From contig CAVYZN010000032.1 of assembly GCA_963773065.1 (NCBI GenBank), forward strand, positions 256,001-320,000: a stretch of DNA of 64,000 nt. The letters are read 5' to 3'. This DNA is from an uncultured Gammaproteobacteria bacterium. GTDB lineage: Bacteria > Pseudomonadota > Gammaproteobacteria > UBA9214. Made by a program: the position numbers and the translations under genes. The notes under the pieces were generated by a model that was given only the letters and a program-made list of their open reading frames with translations, was not told the origin of the DNA and ran no database searches. Of the stretch, positions 1 through 11,424 are shown one piece after another; the stretch's first letter is position 1, and every line of letters begins with the position of its first letter.

Positions 1-1
1 G

Positions 2-529
2 GTGCCTCTGTATGACGTGTTCTGCCAGGTGACCGGTCTCAATGGCAAGACCGGGCGCATCGAACTGGAGCAGGCTCTCAGCGAGAAGGTGGACGCCGAG
101 CGCACCGTCACGGTGGAATTCCTGGCCACGGTCAACAGCGAACTGCCGTGGGAATTCCGGCCTACCGTCAAGAAGGTCAAGGTGCATCCCGGCGCGGTGA
201 CCGAGGTCAAGTATTACGCCAGGAACCTGACCGGCAATTCCATTACCGGACAGGCGGTGCCGAGCCTCGCCCCGGGACTGGCGGCGCGGTATTTCAACAA
301 GACGGAATGTTTCTGTTTCACCCAGCAGACGCTGGGGCCGCGTGAAGGCCGGGATATGCCGCTGCGTTTCGTGGTGGATCCGGATCTGCCCGCCGAGGTC
401 AAGACCTTGTCCTTGTCCTATACCTTCTATCAGGCCGGGAACATCGCCGCCGGGACCAACCAGCAGGCCGGCGTCCTCGAGGAGTTGCATGATGAGGATC
501 AGCGGACGGCCCGGGAGAAACGGCTTTAA
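2..529 (+). CDS. ctaG: Cytochrome c oxidase assembly protein CtaG/Cox11 (5'-truncated by window edge)
   Basis: PLYDVFCQVTG and copper-binding YFNKTECFCF motif; upstream of coxC. Confidence 0.93.
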   Translation: MPLYDVFCQVTGLNGKTGRIELEQALSEKVDAERTVTVEFLATVNSELPWEFRPTVKKVKVHPGAVTEVKYYARNLTGNSITGQAVPSLAPGLAARYFNKTECFCFTQQTLGPREGRDMPLRFVVDPDLPAEVKTLSLSYTFYQAGNIAAGTNQQAGVLEELHDEDQRTAREKRL

Positions 530-585
530 CGGTGATAACGAATTAACCAATCAAATTAATTTTGCATAGAGAGAGGGAATAACCA

Positions 586-1449
586 ATGTCAGCATCCAAA
601 GGGGGTTACTACCTGCCGCAGCCAAGCTACTGGCCGATCGTGGGCTCAGTGGGTCTGTTTCTCACCTTGGGCGGGTTCGCGCATTTTCTTCATCACGGCT
701 CCCCCGTGGTCATGATGGCCGGCGCGGTGATCCTGCTGATCATGATCTTCGGCTGGTTCGGCACGGTCATCCGGGAAAGCCAGGGCGGCAAATACAACGA
801 TCAGGTCGACATGTCTTTCCGCTGGGGCATGGGCTGGTTCATCTTCTCGGAAGTCATGTTCTTCGCGGCGTTCTTCGGCGCGCTGTTTTATGCCCGCATG
901 TACGCCGTGCCCTGGCTCGGCGGGGGCGGCAACAAGGGCATGACACCTGAGCTGCTCTGGCCCGGGTTTGAGGCGATGTGGCCGACCAATGGGCCGGGTG
1001 AAGTCGGTGGAAGTTTCGAGCCCATGGAGGCCTGGGGCATTCCGGCCATGAACACCCTGATCCTGCTCTCCAGCGGCGTCACCGTCACCCTGGCGCACTG
1101 GGCGTTGAAGAAGAGCCAGCGCGGCGCGCTGATCCTGTGGCTGGCGGCCACGGTGGCGCTGGGCGTGCTGTTCCTGTCGCTGCAGGTACATGAATACGGT
1201 CACGCCTATACCGAGATGAACCTGACCCTCCACTCGGGCATCTACGGCACCACCTTCTTCATGCTGACCGGTTTCCACGGCGCGCACGTCACGCTGGGCG
1301 CCACCATGCTGCTGGTGATCCTGCTGCGCAGCATCAAGGGACACTTCACCCCGGATCACCACTTCGCCTTCGAAGCGGTAGCCTGGTACTGGCACTTCGT
1401 CGACGTGGTCTGGCTGGGCTTGTTCGTGTTCGTTTACTGGCTGATCTGA
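586..1449 (+). CDS. coxC: Cytochrome c oxidase subunit III
   Basis: FIFSEVMFF, TGFHGAHV and AWYWHFVDVVW motifs; purine-rich SD-like GAGAGGGA upstream. Confidence 0.96.
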   Translation: MSASKGGYYLPQPSYWPIVGSVGLFLTLGGFAHFLHHGSPVVMMAGAVILLIMIFGWFGTVIRESQGGKYNDQVDMSFRWGMGWFIFSEVMFFAAFFGALFYARMYAVPWLGGGGNKGMTPELLWPGFEAMWPTNGPGEVGGSFEPMEAWGIPAMNTLILLSSGVTVTLAHWALKKSQRGALILWLAATVALGVLFLSLQVHEYGHAYTEMNLTLHSGIYGTTFFMLTGFHGAHVTLGATMLLVILLRSIKGHFTPDHHFAFEAVAWYWHFVDVVWLGLFVFVYWLI

Positions 1450-1473
1450 CGGGCAGCACGCACTCATGAACAG

Positions 1474-1507
1474 GGGGCGCCGCGATCGCGGCGCCCCTTT
1501 CGTTTTT
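1474..1507 (+). terminator. Rho-independent terminator after coxC
   Basis: Perfect 24-bp palindrome GGGGCGCCGCGA|TCGCGGCGCCCC (1474-1497) followed by TTTCGTTTTT. Confidence 0.8.
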
Positions 1508-1549
1508 GCCTGCAGGATGCGGTACATCGCGAAGCGCAGGGATGCGCGA

Positions 1550-1762
1550 CTAACCCGGATGAATCCCGTGGGGTTGCAGCAGACCGGTCAGGTAGCCCAG
1601 CATCAGGAGCACGAACAGCAGGACGGACAGGCTGATGCGGACCGTGAGCGCCCGCACGGTTCGGTTGGATGAACCCTTGTCCTTGACCAGATAGAACAAG
1701 CCACTGCCAAGGCTGGCGATGATGGCGAACAGAAACAGGACGACGATGATTTTGCTGAACAT
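1550..1762 (-). CDS. Twin-transmembrane-helix small protein (DUF2909), 70 aa
   Basis: MFSKIIVVLFLFAIIASLGSGLFYLVKD...ALTVRISLS...QPHG; usual antisense position between coxC and SURF1. Confidence 0.88.
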   Translation of the reverse strand: MFSKIIVVLFLFAIIASLGSGLFYLVKDKGSSNRTVRALTVRISLSVLLFVLLMLGYLTGLLQPHGIHPG

Positions 1763-1820
1763 GGTGAAGGTACGACACTGGAGTTGATGGCCGGCAGTAT
1801 AGCAAAGTAGCAGGTTGAAT

Positions 1821-2597
1821 ATGCGCCTTGGTCCCTTTGATTTCCGTCCCTCGTTGTGGCCGACCCTGGCCACGCTGCTGCTCCTGCCGGTCCTGCTTGG
1901 CCTGGGCCACTGGCAGCTCGAGCGCGCGGCCTGGAAGCAGGGTCTGGTGGATGCCCATGCCGCACGCATCAGAGAGCCCGCCCAGCCGCTGCGGAGCCTG
2001 CTGGCGTCCTCCGCCGCCGGTTCCGAGTTGGAGTACCGGCAAGTGACGGCGCAGGGGGTTTATGACCTGGATCACCAACTGCTGCTGGACAACCAGATTT
2101 ACCAGGGCGCGGCCGGCTATCACGTCCTCACCCCGCTGCGCCTCGACGGCGCGGGATCGCCTGAGGCGTGGGTGCTGGTCAATCGCGGCTGGGTTCCACT
2201 GGGCGGCAGCCGGACGGAGCTGCCGGCAGTGGCGGGCCCCGCGGATACCGTCACCGTGCGGGCGATGATCCGGCTGCCGCCGGAAAAGGTGTTCCGGCTG
2301 GAAGCGGTGGAAGAGACCGGCGCGGGCTGGCCGCGGGTGGTAGAGCAGCTTGAACTCGGGCCGATCGAGCAACGCCTGGGTCATCCGCTGCTGCCGCTGG
2401 TGCTGCTCCTGGACAAGGAGGATCCCCAGGGTTTTATCCGTGACTGGAAGCCGGTTTACGGCATCACGCCGGACAAGCATCGCGCCTATGCCGCGCAGTG
2501 GTATACGCTCGCGTCGGTGTTGCTGCTGATTTATGTTGGCGTCAACACGCACCGGGTTGCGAGCCGGCCGAGCGGTCACGAGAGCGAGCACACATGA
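1821..2597 (+). CDS. SURF1 family cytochrome oxidase biogenesis protein
   Basis: LGHWQLERA, GYHVLTPL, LVNRGWV and HRAYAAQWY motifs. Confidence 0.93.
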   Translation: MRLGPFDFRPSLWPTLATLLLLPVLLGLGHWQLERAAWKQGLVDAHAARIREPAQPLRSLLASSAAGSELEYRQVTAQGVYDLDHQLLLDNQIYQGAAGYHVLTPLRLDGAGSPEAWVLVNRGWVPLGGSRTELPAVAGPADTVTVRAMIRLPPEKVFRLEAVEETGAGWPRVVEQLELGPIEQRLGHPLLPLVLLLDKEDPQGFIRDWKPVYGITPDKHRAYAAQWYTLASVLLLIYVGVNTHRVASRPSGHESEHT

Positions 2598-3256
2598 AGC
2601 CATCCGGCGGCAATCCCTATATGGTTGTGGCGCAGGCGGGCCGTCAGCAACGGGGCTTCGTCAGTTCCCGGCAGGCACTGGTTCTGCTGGCCCTGCTGTT
2701 CCTTACGCCGCCGTTAGTAGCGTGGCTGATGCATCTTAGCGCGGAACATGGCTGGCGTCCGAGCGGCACGACCAACCAGGGTACGCTGATCGAACCGCCC
2801 CGGCCGTTGAGTCTGCCAGCCGGTCTGGTCGACGCCACGGGCGCACCCATCCGACAGGACTTCCTGGGCGGTAAATGGACGCTGCTTTATATCGGCGGCG
2901 ACGCCTGCGGGGAGGCTTGCCGCAATACGCTGTATAACCTGCGCCAGGTGCGTCTGGCCCAGGGCGAGAACATCCGGCGCGTGCAGCGGCTGTTCCTGGT
3001 GGCCGAGACGGCGGCAGCGGATTTACCGGAGATCCTGGCGGACTATCCGGACCTGGCGGTCGCGCTCCTGTCGCGCGCGCAGGCTGCGGCGATCGCCCCC
3101 CTGTTCAGCGTCGATGGGACCCCGATGCAGGGCGCCGACCGCGTGTATCTGGTCGATCCGCTGGGAAACCTGATGATGTACTATCGGCCTGACGCCGATC
3201 CGCGCGGCATGATCCAGGATCTGCAAAGACTGCTGAAGTACTCGCATATCGGCTGA
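2594..3256 (+). CDS. Membrane-anchored thioredoxin/SCO-like cytochrome oxidase-associated protein
   Basis: ATGA overlap with the SURF1 stop; N-terminal TM; TNQGTLIEPP, CGEAC (CxxxC), LVDPLGNLMM, DLQRLLKYSHIG. Confidence 0.8.
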   Translation: MKPSGGNPYMVVAQAGRQQRGFVSSRQALVLLALLFLTPPLVAWLMHLSAEHGWRPSGTTNQGTLIEPPRPLSLPAGLVDATGAPIRQDFLGGKWTLLYIGGDACGEACRNTLYNLRQVRLAQGENIRRVQRLFLVAETAAADLPEILADYPDLAVALLSRAQAAAIAPLFSVDGTPMQGADRVYLVDPLGNLMMYYRPDADPRGMIQDLQRLLKYSHIG

Positions 3257-3267
3257 CGGGGCGGTTC

Positions 3268-4198
3268 ATGGCGGTTTCGGTCAATGAAAAAACACAGGGC
3301 GAGGCGCCGGACGGGTCCGCGCTGAGGCTCGTGAAAAGCTATCTGGGCCTGTGCAAGCTCAGGGTCGTTGCACTGATTGTTTTCACCGCCATGGTCGGCA
3401 TGTTCCTTGCCACTTCACCGCCCGGCATGGTGCCGCTGGATGTGCTCCTGTTCGGCAATCTCGGCATCGGCCTGGCGGCTTCCTCGGCGGCGGCCATCAA
3501 CCACGTACTGGATGCGCGTGAAGACGCCCGCATGGCGCGCACCCGCCGACGACCTCTGCCACAGGGGGAGATCACGCCGGGCCATGCGCTGGTGTTCGCG
3601 GCGCTGCTGGGCGCCTTGTCCATGGTGATGCTCGTAGCGTTGGTCAATCCGCTGACGGCGGCTGCTCACCTTCCTGTCGCTGGTCGGCTATGCCATCGTT
3701 TACACCCTGTTCCTCAAGCGCGCCACGCCGCAGAACATCGTCATCGGCGGCGCCGCCGGAGCGGCTCCGCCGATCCTGGGCTGGACCGCGCTGACCGACT
3801 CGCTGGACCCGCATGCCCTGCTGCTGTTCCTGATCGTCTTCGTCTGGACGCCGCCGCATTTCTGGGCGCTGGCGATACACCGCCGCCACGAATACGCCAA
3901 GGTGGACATCCCGATGCTGCCGGTGACCCACGGCGTGCCGTTCACCCGATTGCAGATCCTCCTCTACACGCTGCTGTTGCTGGCGGTCAGCGTGCTGCCG
4001 TTCGCCATGCACATGAGCGGTTATTTTTACCTGGCCGGAGCCCTGCTGCTGGGCGGGGGTTTTCTTTATTACGCGATACGTCTGATGCAGGGCAGGGACG
4101 AGAAGATCGCGATGCAGACCTTCGGTTATTCCATCTGGTATCTGATGGCCATCTTCGCCATCCTGCTGGTGGATCACTACCTGCCGGAGTTGTTCTGA
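3268..4198 (+). CDS. cyoE: Heme O synthase (protoheme IX farnesyltransferase), frameshift near 3660 (probable sequencing error)
   Basis: [22 protein letters not shown] in the first frame; [21 protein letters not shown] and IPMLPVTHG after a 1-nt shift. Confidence 0.93.
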
Positions 4199-4688
4199 GC
4201 GGCGCAGACTTGGCGGCAAAGGTGAATCGGGAGTAGTTTATTTTTTCACCGCAGCAGACGTTGCCGGAGCCGTGACCGTGAACATCGAGACATGACAAAA
4301 CTGCTTTTGCAGTCACAATATCCCAATTTTGGCAATGGAATCACATGGCTTATCCGAACTAGAACACCTGGCATACCGTGTACCGAAAACGTCGCCCTGG
4401 AAATTCTTCGTCAAATGCATAACGATATTGCGCGAAGGGTTTAACGCGTCGAGGTGCGGTTGGCTGTGGAACAAGGGCTGGCTGCATGCTGAGGGTCAGT
4501 CCACCGCGGATTGGGCGTCAAACCCGCTGCATATCGAGCGAAGGCTGGAATGGGGAATTCTGGTTTTCGATACCCAACGCGCCTGTCGGCACCACGGTGG
4601 TAAACCAATGTCCCCATACCGCCTCTTTGAAGCCCCCCGGAATAAAGGGGGTTCTCGGCTGATCTTGCGGTGAAATTTTGATGCCTAT

Positions 4689-4713
4689 AAAAACGGCCCT
4701 TGCGGGCCGTTTT
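4689..4713 (-). terminator. Rho-independent terminator after rpoH (potentially bidirectional)
   Basis: Minus strand AAAACGGCCC-GCAA-GGGCCGTTTTT. Confidence 0.85.
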
Positions 4714-4736
4714 GCTTGGTCGTCAAGGCAGGCCGT

Positions 4737-5607
<871 letters not shown>

Positions 5608-5641
5608 GCGTCATTGTACCCGTTCTTGCCTGAAACTAATC

Positions 5642-5668
5642 CTAGCACTCCACCCTATGGAGTGCCAA
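5642..5668 (-). promoter_or_regulatory. CIRCE element (HrcA operator) upstream of rpoH
   Basis: Minus strand TTGGCACTC-N9-GAGTGCTAG versus consensus TTAGCACTC-N9-GAGTGCTAA; exact 9-nt spacer; 34 nt upstream of the ATG. Confidence 0.88.
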
Positions 5669-5786
5669 TGCTTGGAAAAGTTTCCGGATAATCGACGGCT
5701 TGCTCACACCCTGAAGTGCCTGGCCGGGGAACGTAATCTTTCATCAGACCAAATTTTTCGGACCGCATGTCTCCTGCCTATCCCGT

Positions 5787-6773
5787 CTATCGGGGTTCGA
5801 CCGCGGCGAGATGCCGGCCCACGGCCAGCCACGAACCGAGCAGGCCAAGGGCGATGCCGCCGCTCAGCAACGCCAGCAGGAGTTGCCACGGCCGGGTCTG
5901 CAGGGTGAAGGTGCCCGCATACAGGCCAACCAGGTGGTGTACCGGCGCCTCCAGCAGCCAAAACCCCAGTTCCACCACCAGCCAGGCAGTCGCCGCCCCC
6001 AGCACGCCGTACCAGATTCCGCTGTAGAGAAACGGCCGCCGCACGAAACCATTGGTCGCGCCTATCAGCTTGGTGACGACGATTTCCTCGCGCCGGTTCT
6101 GGATCTCCAGCCGGATGGTGTTGCCTACCACCAGCAGCACGGCGAGCGCGAGCAGGGCGCTGATGAGCAGCACGGCGCGTCGGGCGGTTTCCAGGATGGC
6201 GGCAAGTCGCTGTACCCACTGCAGGTCAAGCTGGACTTGGTCGATTTCCGGCAACTGGCGCAACTTCTCCTGCAGCATCCCGGCCGATACCGGATCCGTG
6301 GAATTCAGGGCCGGCGCCACCAGCAGCACCGCCGGCAGGGGGTTTTCATCCAGCGCCGCGAGCGCATCGGCGAAACCCGAGCGCCGGCGGAATTCCTCCA
6401 GCGCCTGCTCCGGCGTGATCAGCGTGACCTCGGCGACTTCCGGCCAGGCGCGCAACTGGTTTGCCAGGTCGGCGGCGGCATCCCCCCTGACCGGGTCTTT
6501 CAGAAACACCGACAGGCTGGCCTGCCCTTCCCAGGAGCCGCTGAGCCGATCGAGGTTGGCAAGCAGCAGATACAGGCCCGCGGGCAGGGCGAGCGCGATG
6601 CCGATCACCATGGCGGTCATCAGTGTGGCCAGGCCGTTGCGGTACAGGCGGCCCAGGCTGTCAACGGCCATCTGCGCATGGCGCGTCAGAAACGTGCGCG
6701 ACGAGAGTATCCGCCGCAGGGGTTCGCCGCCAGCGTGCGCCGGGCGGCGTCGGTTTGCGCCCCCCAGGTTCAT
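5787..6773 (-). CDS. ftsX: Cell division permease FtsX
   Basis: ENPLPAVL, VGNTIRLEIQNRREEI, KLIGATNGFVRRPFLY. Confidence 0.95.
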   Translation of the reverse strand: MNLGGANRRRPAHAGGEPLRRILSSRTFLTRHAQMAVDSLGRLYRNGLATLMTAMVIGIALALPAGLYLLLANLDRLSGSWEGQASLSVFLKDPVRGDAAADLANQLRAWPEVAEVTLITPEQALEEFRRRSGFADALAALDENPLPAVLLVAPALNSTDPVSAGMLQEKLRQLPEIDQVQLDLQWVQRLAAILETARRAVLLISALLALAVLLVVGNTIRLEIQNRREEIVVTKLIGATNGFVRRPFLYSGIWYGVLGAATAWLVVELGFWLLEAPVHHLVGLYAGTFTLQTRPWQLLLALLSGGIALGLLGSWLAVGRHLAAVEPR

Positions 6774-7437
6774 GCCGCCACCTTACCCGTCACGCGCCCG
6801 TGATCCAGCTTGATGACCGGATATTTGAACTGGTCGATCAGGGCGATGTCATGACTGGCGACGAGCACGCTGACTCCCACCCGGTTAAACAGGGCAAACA
6901 GAGTCCATGACCTCGCGCGAGAGGTCGGGGTCGAGGTTGCCGGTCGGTTCATCGGCCAGCAGCAGCAGCGGTTTGTTGACCACGGCGCGGGCGATGCCGA
7001 CCCGCTGTTGCTCGCCCCCGGAGAGGGTGATGGGGTAGAGCCGTTCCTTGTTGAGCAGGCCAACCTTGTCCAGCGCGGCGCGCACGCGCCGGCCGATTTC
7101 CTGGTGCCGGTAGCCGGCGATGATCAACGGCAGGGCGACATTGTCGAACACGGTCCGGTCAAACAGCAGGTGATGATCCTGGAAGATGAAGCCGATCTTG
7201 CGGCGTATGTAGGGGATGCCGCGCCGGCCGATGCGCGCCACATTCTGCCCGTCGACGAAGACCTGGCCGCTGGTGGCGTTTTCGATCACGGCGATCAACT
7301 TGAGCAGGGTGCTCTTCCCCGCGCCCGAATGCCCGGTAAGAAAGGCCATGGTGCCGGCTTCGAGGTGGAAACTGACGTTGCTCAAGCGCCTCGAACCCGC
7401 CCGGGTAACGTTTGCTGACGTTGTCGAACTGGATCAT
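6770..7437 (-). CDS. ftsE: Cell division ATP-binding protein FtsE, frameshifts near 7385 and 6900
   Basis: [14 protein letters not shown] start; Walker [10 protein letters not shown]; LSGGEQQRV; ADEPTGNLD. Confidence 0.94.
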
Positions 7438-7456
7438 TACAGATCGACTGGACAGC

Positions 7457-8435
7457 TTATTGTTCCGTTTCAAACAGCGCATCGACGAATTCACCGGCGT
7501 CGAACTCACGCAGATTCTCGATGCCTTCGCCGACGCCGATGAAGCGGATGGGAATGCCCAGTTCCTGGCGATCGCGAAGATGATGCCGCCCTTGGCGGTG
7601 CCGTCGAGCTTGGTCAGCGCGATGCCGGTGAGTCCGACCACCTCGTGAAACTGCCGGGCTTGGTTGAGCGCGTTCTGTCCGGTGCCGGCGTCCACCACCA
7701 GCATCACCTCGTGGGGGGCGCTCGCATCGAGCTTGCCCAGCACGCGCCGGATCTTCTTCAGTTCCTCCATCAGGTTCGACTGGGTGTGCAGGCGCCCGGC
7801 GGTATCGGCGATAAGGACATCGATGCCGCGCGCCCGGGCCGCTTCCACGGCGTCGTAGATGACGGAGGCCGCATCGGCGCCCTGCTGCTGGGCGATGACC
7901 GGCACGCCGTTGCGCTCGCCCCAGGTCTGCAACTGCTCCACGGCGGCGGCGCGAAAGGTATCACCGGCGGCGAGCATGACCGTGCGGCCGTCCTGGCGCA
8001 GGCGATGGGCCAGTTTGCCGATGGTGGTGGTCTTGCCGGCGCCGTTGATGCCGACCATGAGGATGACATAGGGACGCGTTTCCCGCGGTATCATGAGCGG
8101 CACGCTGACGGGTTCGAGGATCGCCCGCATGTCCTCATGCAGGGCGTCCATCAACGACTCGGCATTGCCCAGTTCCTTGCGCGAGACGCGCTGCCGTAAG
8201 GTCGTCGATGATCTCGCGGGTGGCCTCGACGCCGACATCGGCCAGCAGCAAGGTGGTCTCGATCTCCTCCAGCAGGTGCGGCATCGATGGCCTTGCCGCC
8301 GAGCACCAGCGAGGCCACGCCCTCGGTCAGGCTGTGGCGGGTGCGCGCCAGGCCGGATTTCAACCGGGCGAACAGGCCGGCCTTCCGTGGTTTGTCCTCG
8401 TCCTCGGCGGTCTTGTTTTTTCGGAACCCAAGCAT
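7457..8435 (-). CDS. ftsY: SRP receptor FtsY (short, NG-domain type), several frameshifts (about 8280, 8195, 7560)
   Basis: [39 protein letters not shown]; N-terminal [14 protein letters not shown]; corrected end [30 protein letters not shown]. Confidence 0.94.
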
Positions 8436-8542
8436 GGAATGCGTTGTCAGTGATTGCATTGCGGGGACAGGACCCCATGAGGCGTGTATCCTACCACCCC
8501 CGGCCCATCCGGGTTAACAGGCGAAACATCCGGAGAAAACGA

Positions 8543-9923
8543 ATGCGACTTGTCTTGTCGGCCATGCTGCTGGCCTGCTGTCATTCCGTCTGTTGCGGCA
8601 GGGGCGGTACATGAATACCAACTGGCGAACGGCCTCAAGCTGGTCGTGAAGGAGGACCATCGCGCCCCGGTGGTGGTTTCCCAAGTGTGGTACAAGGTCG
8701 GCTCCAGCTACGAGCATGACGGCATCACCGGCCTGTCGCACATGCTGGAGCACATGATGTTCCAGGGCACGAAAAACCACGCCCCGGGCGAGTTTTCCCG
8801 CATCATCGCCGAAAACGGCGGGGAGGAGAACGCCTTTACCGGCCAGGACTACACCGCCTACTACCAGCGCCTGGAGAAAAGCCGGCTGCCGGTGAGCTTC
8901 GAGCTGGAAGCCGATCGCATGCGCAACTTGCTGTTGCAGCAGCAGGAATATGACAAGGAGCTGAAGGTGGTGATGGAGGAACGGCGTCTGCGCACCGAAG
9001 ACCAGCCCACGTCGCTGACTTCTGAACAGTTTAGCGCCGTCGCCTTCACCACCAGTTCCTACCGCATTCCAACCATCGGCTGGATGAGTGACCTCGAAAA
9101 CATGCGACTTGAGGACCTGCAGGGCTGGTATGAGCGCTGGTACGCGCCGAACAATGCGGTGGTCGTGGTCGTCGGCGACGTCGTGCCCGAGGAGGTGCTG
9201 AAGCTGGCGAGAAAATATTTCGAACCGCTCAAGCCCGAAACCATCGTCCCGCCCAAGCCCTGCATCGAACCCAAACAGGAGGGGCCGCGGCGCATCACGG
9301 TCGAGGTGCCCGCCGAGGTGCCTTACTTGCTGATGGGCTACAAGGTGCCGGTATTGAAAACGGCCGGGGAAGACTGGGAGCCCTATGCCCTGGAGGTGCT
9401 GGCCGGGATACTGGATGGAGGCGACAGCGCGCGGCTGACCCGCAACCTGGTGCGCGGCGCGCAGGTGGCGGCCAGCGCCGGCGCCGGTTACAGCCTGTAC
9501 GATCGCCAGGCAAGCCTGTTCCTGCTGGATGGCACGCCGGCGAACTCGACCAGCATGGAGGCGCTGGAGACGGCGCTGCATGCGCAAGTAAAACAGTTGC
9601 AGGAGGCGCCCGTCACGGATGCGGAGCTGGCGCGGGTCAAGGCGCAGGTGGTGGCGGGCGATGTGTACGAGAAGGATTCGATCATGAACCAGGCCATGCA
9701 GATCGGCGAACTGGAGACGGTCGGGCTGGACTGGTCGCTGATGGACGAGTACGTCGCGCGGGTCAACGCCGTCACCGCCGCGCAGGTGCAGGCGGTGGCG
9801 CGGAAGTATCTGGTGGAGGAACGACAGACGGTCGCCATGCTGAAACCCCTGCCCATGGAGACCGGCCGCAAACCGCGTCCTGCACTGCCGGGAGATGAGA
9901 AACCATGTACGCTGATCGGATGA
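8543..9923 (+). CDS. M16 (pitrilysin) zinc protease, catalytic subunit; frameshift near 8590; true end possibly 9915
   Basis: Signal peptide MRLVLSAMLL...; inverted zinc motif HMLEH; ENAFTGQDYTAY; divergent from ftsY as in Pseudomonas. Confidence 0.9.
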
Positions 9924-11234
9924 AGCGGAGTGCACGGAGCGGCGCCGGTGCGCTGCTCGTCTGGCTGTTCACGGCCGGTGTCGCGCAGGCCATGCCGGCG
10001 ATCCAGCACTGGACGACGGAGAACGGTGCGCGTGTATATTTCGTGCCGGCGCCGGAATTGCCGATGGTGGATGTGCGCGTGGTGTTCGCGGCCGGCAGCG
10101 CCCGTGATGGCGCACGCCCCGGACTGGCGGGGCTGACCAACAGCCTGCTGGACAAGGGCGCCGCCGGGCTGTCCGCCGACACGATCGCGGCCCGGCTGGA
10201 GGGCATGGGTGCGCAACTCGGCAACGGCTCGCTGCGGGATATGGCCTGGGTGTCGCTGCGCAGCCTGAGTGACGCGGCGCATTTCGATCCCGCCGTCGAG
10301 CTGATGGTCAAGGTGCTGGGCCAGCCGGACTTCAACCAGCGGGACGTCGATCGCGAACGCGAACGCACCCTGGTGGCGCTGCGCAGCAGCGAACAGCAAC
10401 CGGAGGACATCGCGGAATACCACTACTATGCCGCCATCTACGACAAACACCCCTATGCCAGCCGTCCGATCGGCACCGAGGCCAGCCTGAAGAAGCTGAC
10501 GCGCCGGGATATCAAGGATTTTCACGCCAGGTATTACGTGGCGGGCAACGCGACGATTGCCATCGTGGGGGATATCGACCGCCAGGGCGCCGAACGGCTG
10601 GCCCGGCAGTTGTCCGCCGGACTTCCGGCCGGCGATCCCGCCGCGCCGCTGCCGCTCGTGACGCCCCTGACAAAAGCGAGTGAGGAACACATCTTTCATC
10701 CTTCCACGCAGACCCACGTACTCATGGGGGCGCCCGCCATCAGTCGCAAGGATCCGGATTTCTTTCCCCTCTATGTGGGCAACCACATACTGGGCGGGGG
10801 TGGTCTGGTGTCGCAGCTCTATGAAGAGATCCGTGAAAAGCGCGGTCTTTCCTACAGCGTCTCCAGCGCTTTTACGCCCATGCAGAAGGAGGGCCCCTTC
10901 AGTCTCGGCCTGCAGACGCGCAACGACCAACTGGAGGAGGCGCTGCGGGGTGTTGCGCGCGACTCTCAAGCGGTTTCTCGATCAGGGTCCCACGGAAAAG
11001 GAACTGGTTGCCGCCAAGAAAAATATCACCGGCGGCTTTGCCCTGCGCATCGACAGCAACAGCAAGATCATCGAATACCTCGCCGTGATCGGTTTCTACG
11101 GGCTGCCGCTCGACTACCTGGAAACCTTCAATGACAAGGTCATGGCCGTGACGCGCGAGCAGATCCGCGATGCGTTCCAGCGCCGTGTGCATCCCGATGA
11201 GATGGCGACCATCATCGTGGGCGGGAATGAATGA
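9905..11234 (+). CDS. M16 family protease, non-catalytic partner subunit; frameshift near 10950
   Basis: Signal peptide; no HxxEH; IREKRGLSY R/Y pair; C-terminus in the adjacent frame (GFYGLPLDYL...IIVGGNE). Confidence 0.9.
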
Positions 11235-11424
11235 CGCCGGATTGATTGGACCGGCCGACGTGCCGCTCACAAGCCCGTGCCCCGTGTCATACAAATCCGG
11301 CCGGAGCTGACTGACAGCCGTCGCGGGGACGCGCGCCCAGACTGTGCAGCAGGATATCCGTGAGCAATCTGAGCGAAGATATCCGGGTCAAAGCGTTCAA
11401 GCCTAATTTCACAAGGAGGTTATT

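Noticed and set aside
4329-4673. 114-aa plus-strand ORF after cyoE
   Set aside because: TTG start, no SD, atypical composition and no similarity to SCO or any family I recognise
5655-5690. Sigma-E promoter for rpoH (GAAACTT-N16-TCCAT on the minus strand)
   Set aside because: Both boxes deviate from GAACTT/TCTGA-type consensus; too weak to call without TSS data
8514-10969. Long antisense ORFs (473 and 493 aa), and similar ones opposite ftsX, the GldG-like gene, the SLT gene, algC and pilJ
   Set aside because: Shadow ORFs typical of GC-rich coding DNA; they overlap well-supported genes and show no motifs
11260-11345. Possible cobalamin or ZTP riboswitch, or sigma-54 promoter, before the VPLPA-CTERM gene
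   Set aside because: Only fragments resemble the consensus (CAAATCCGG, GGGGACG); the B12 box, ZTP pseudoknot and correctly spaced GG-N10-GC are absent. An Rfam scan would settle it
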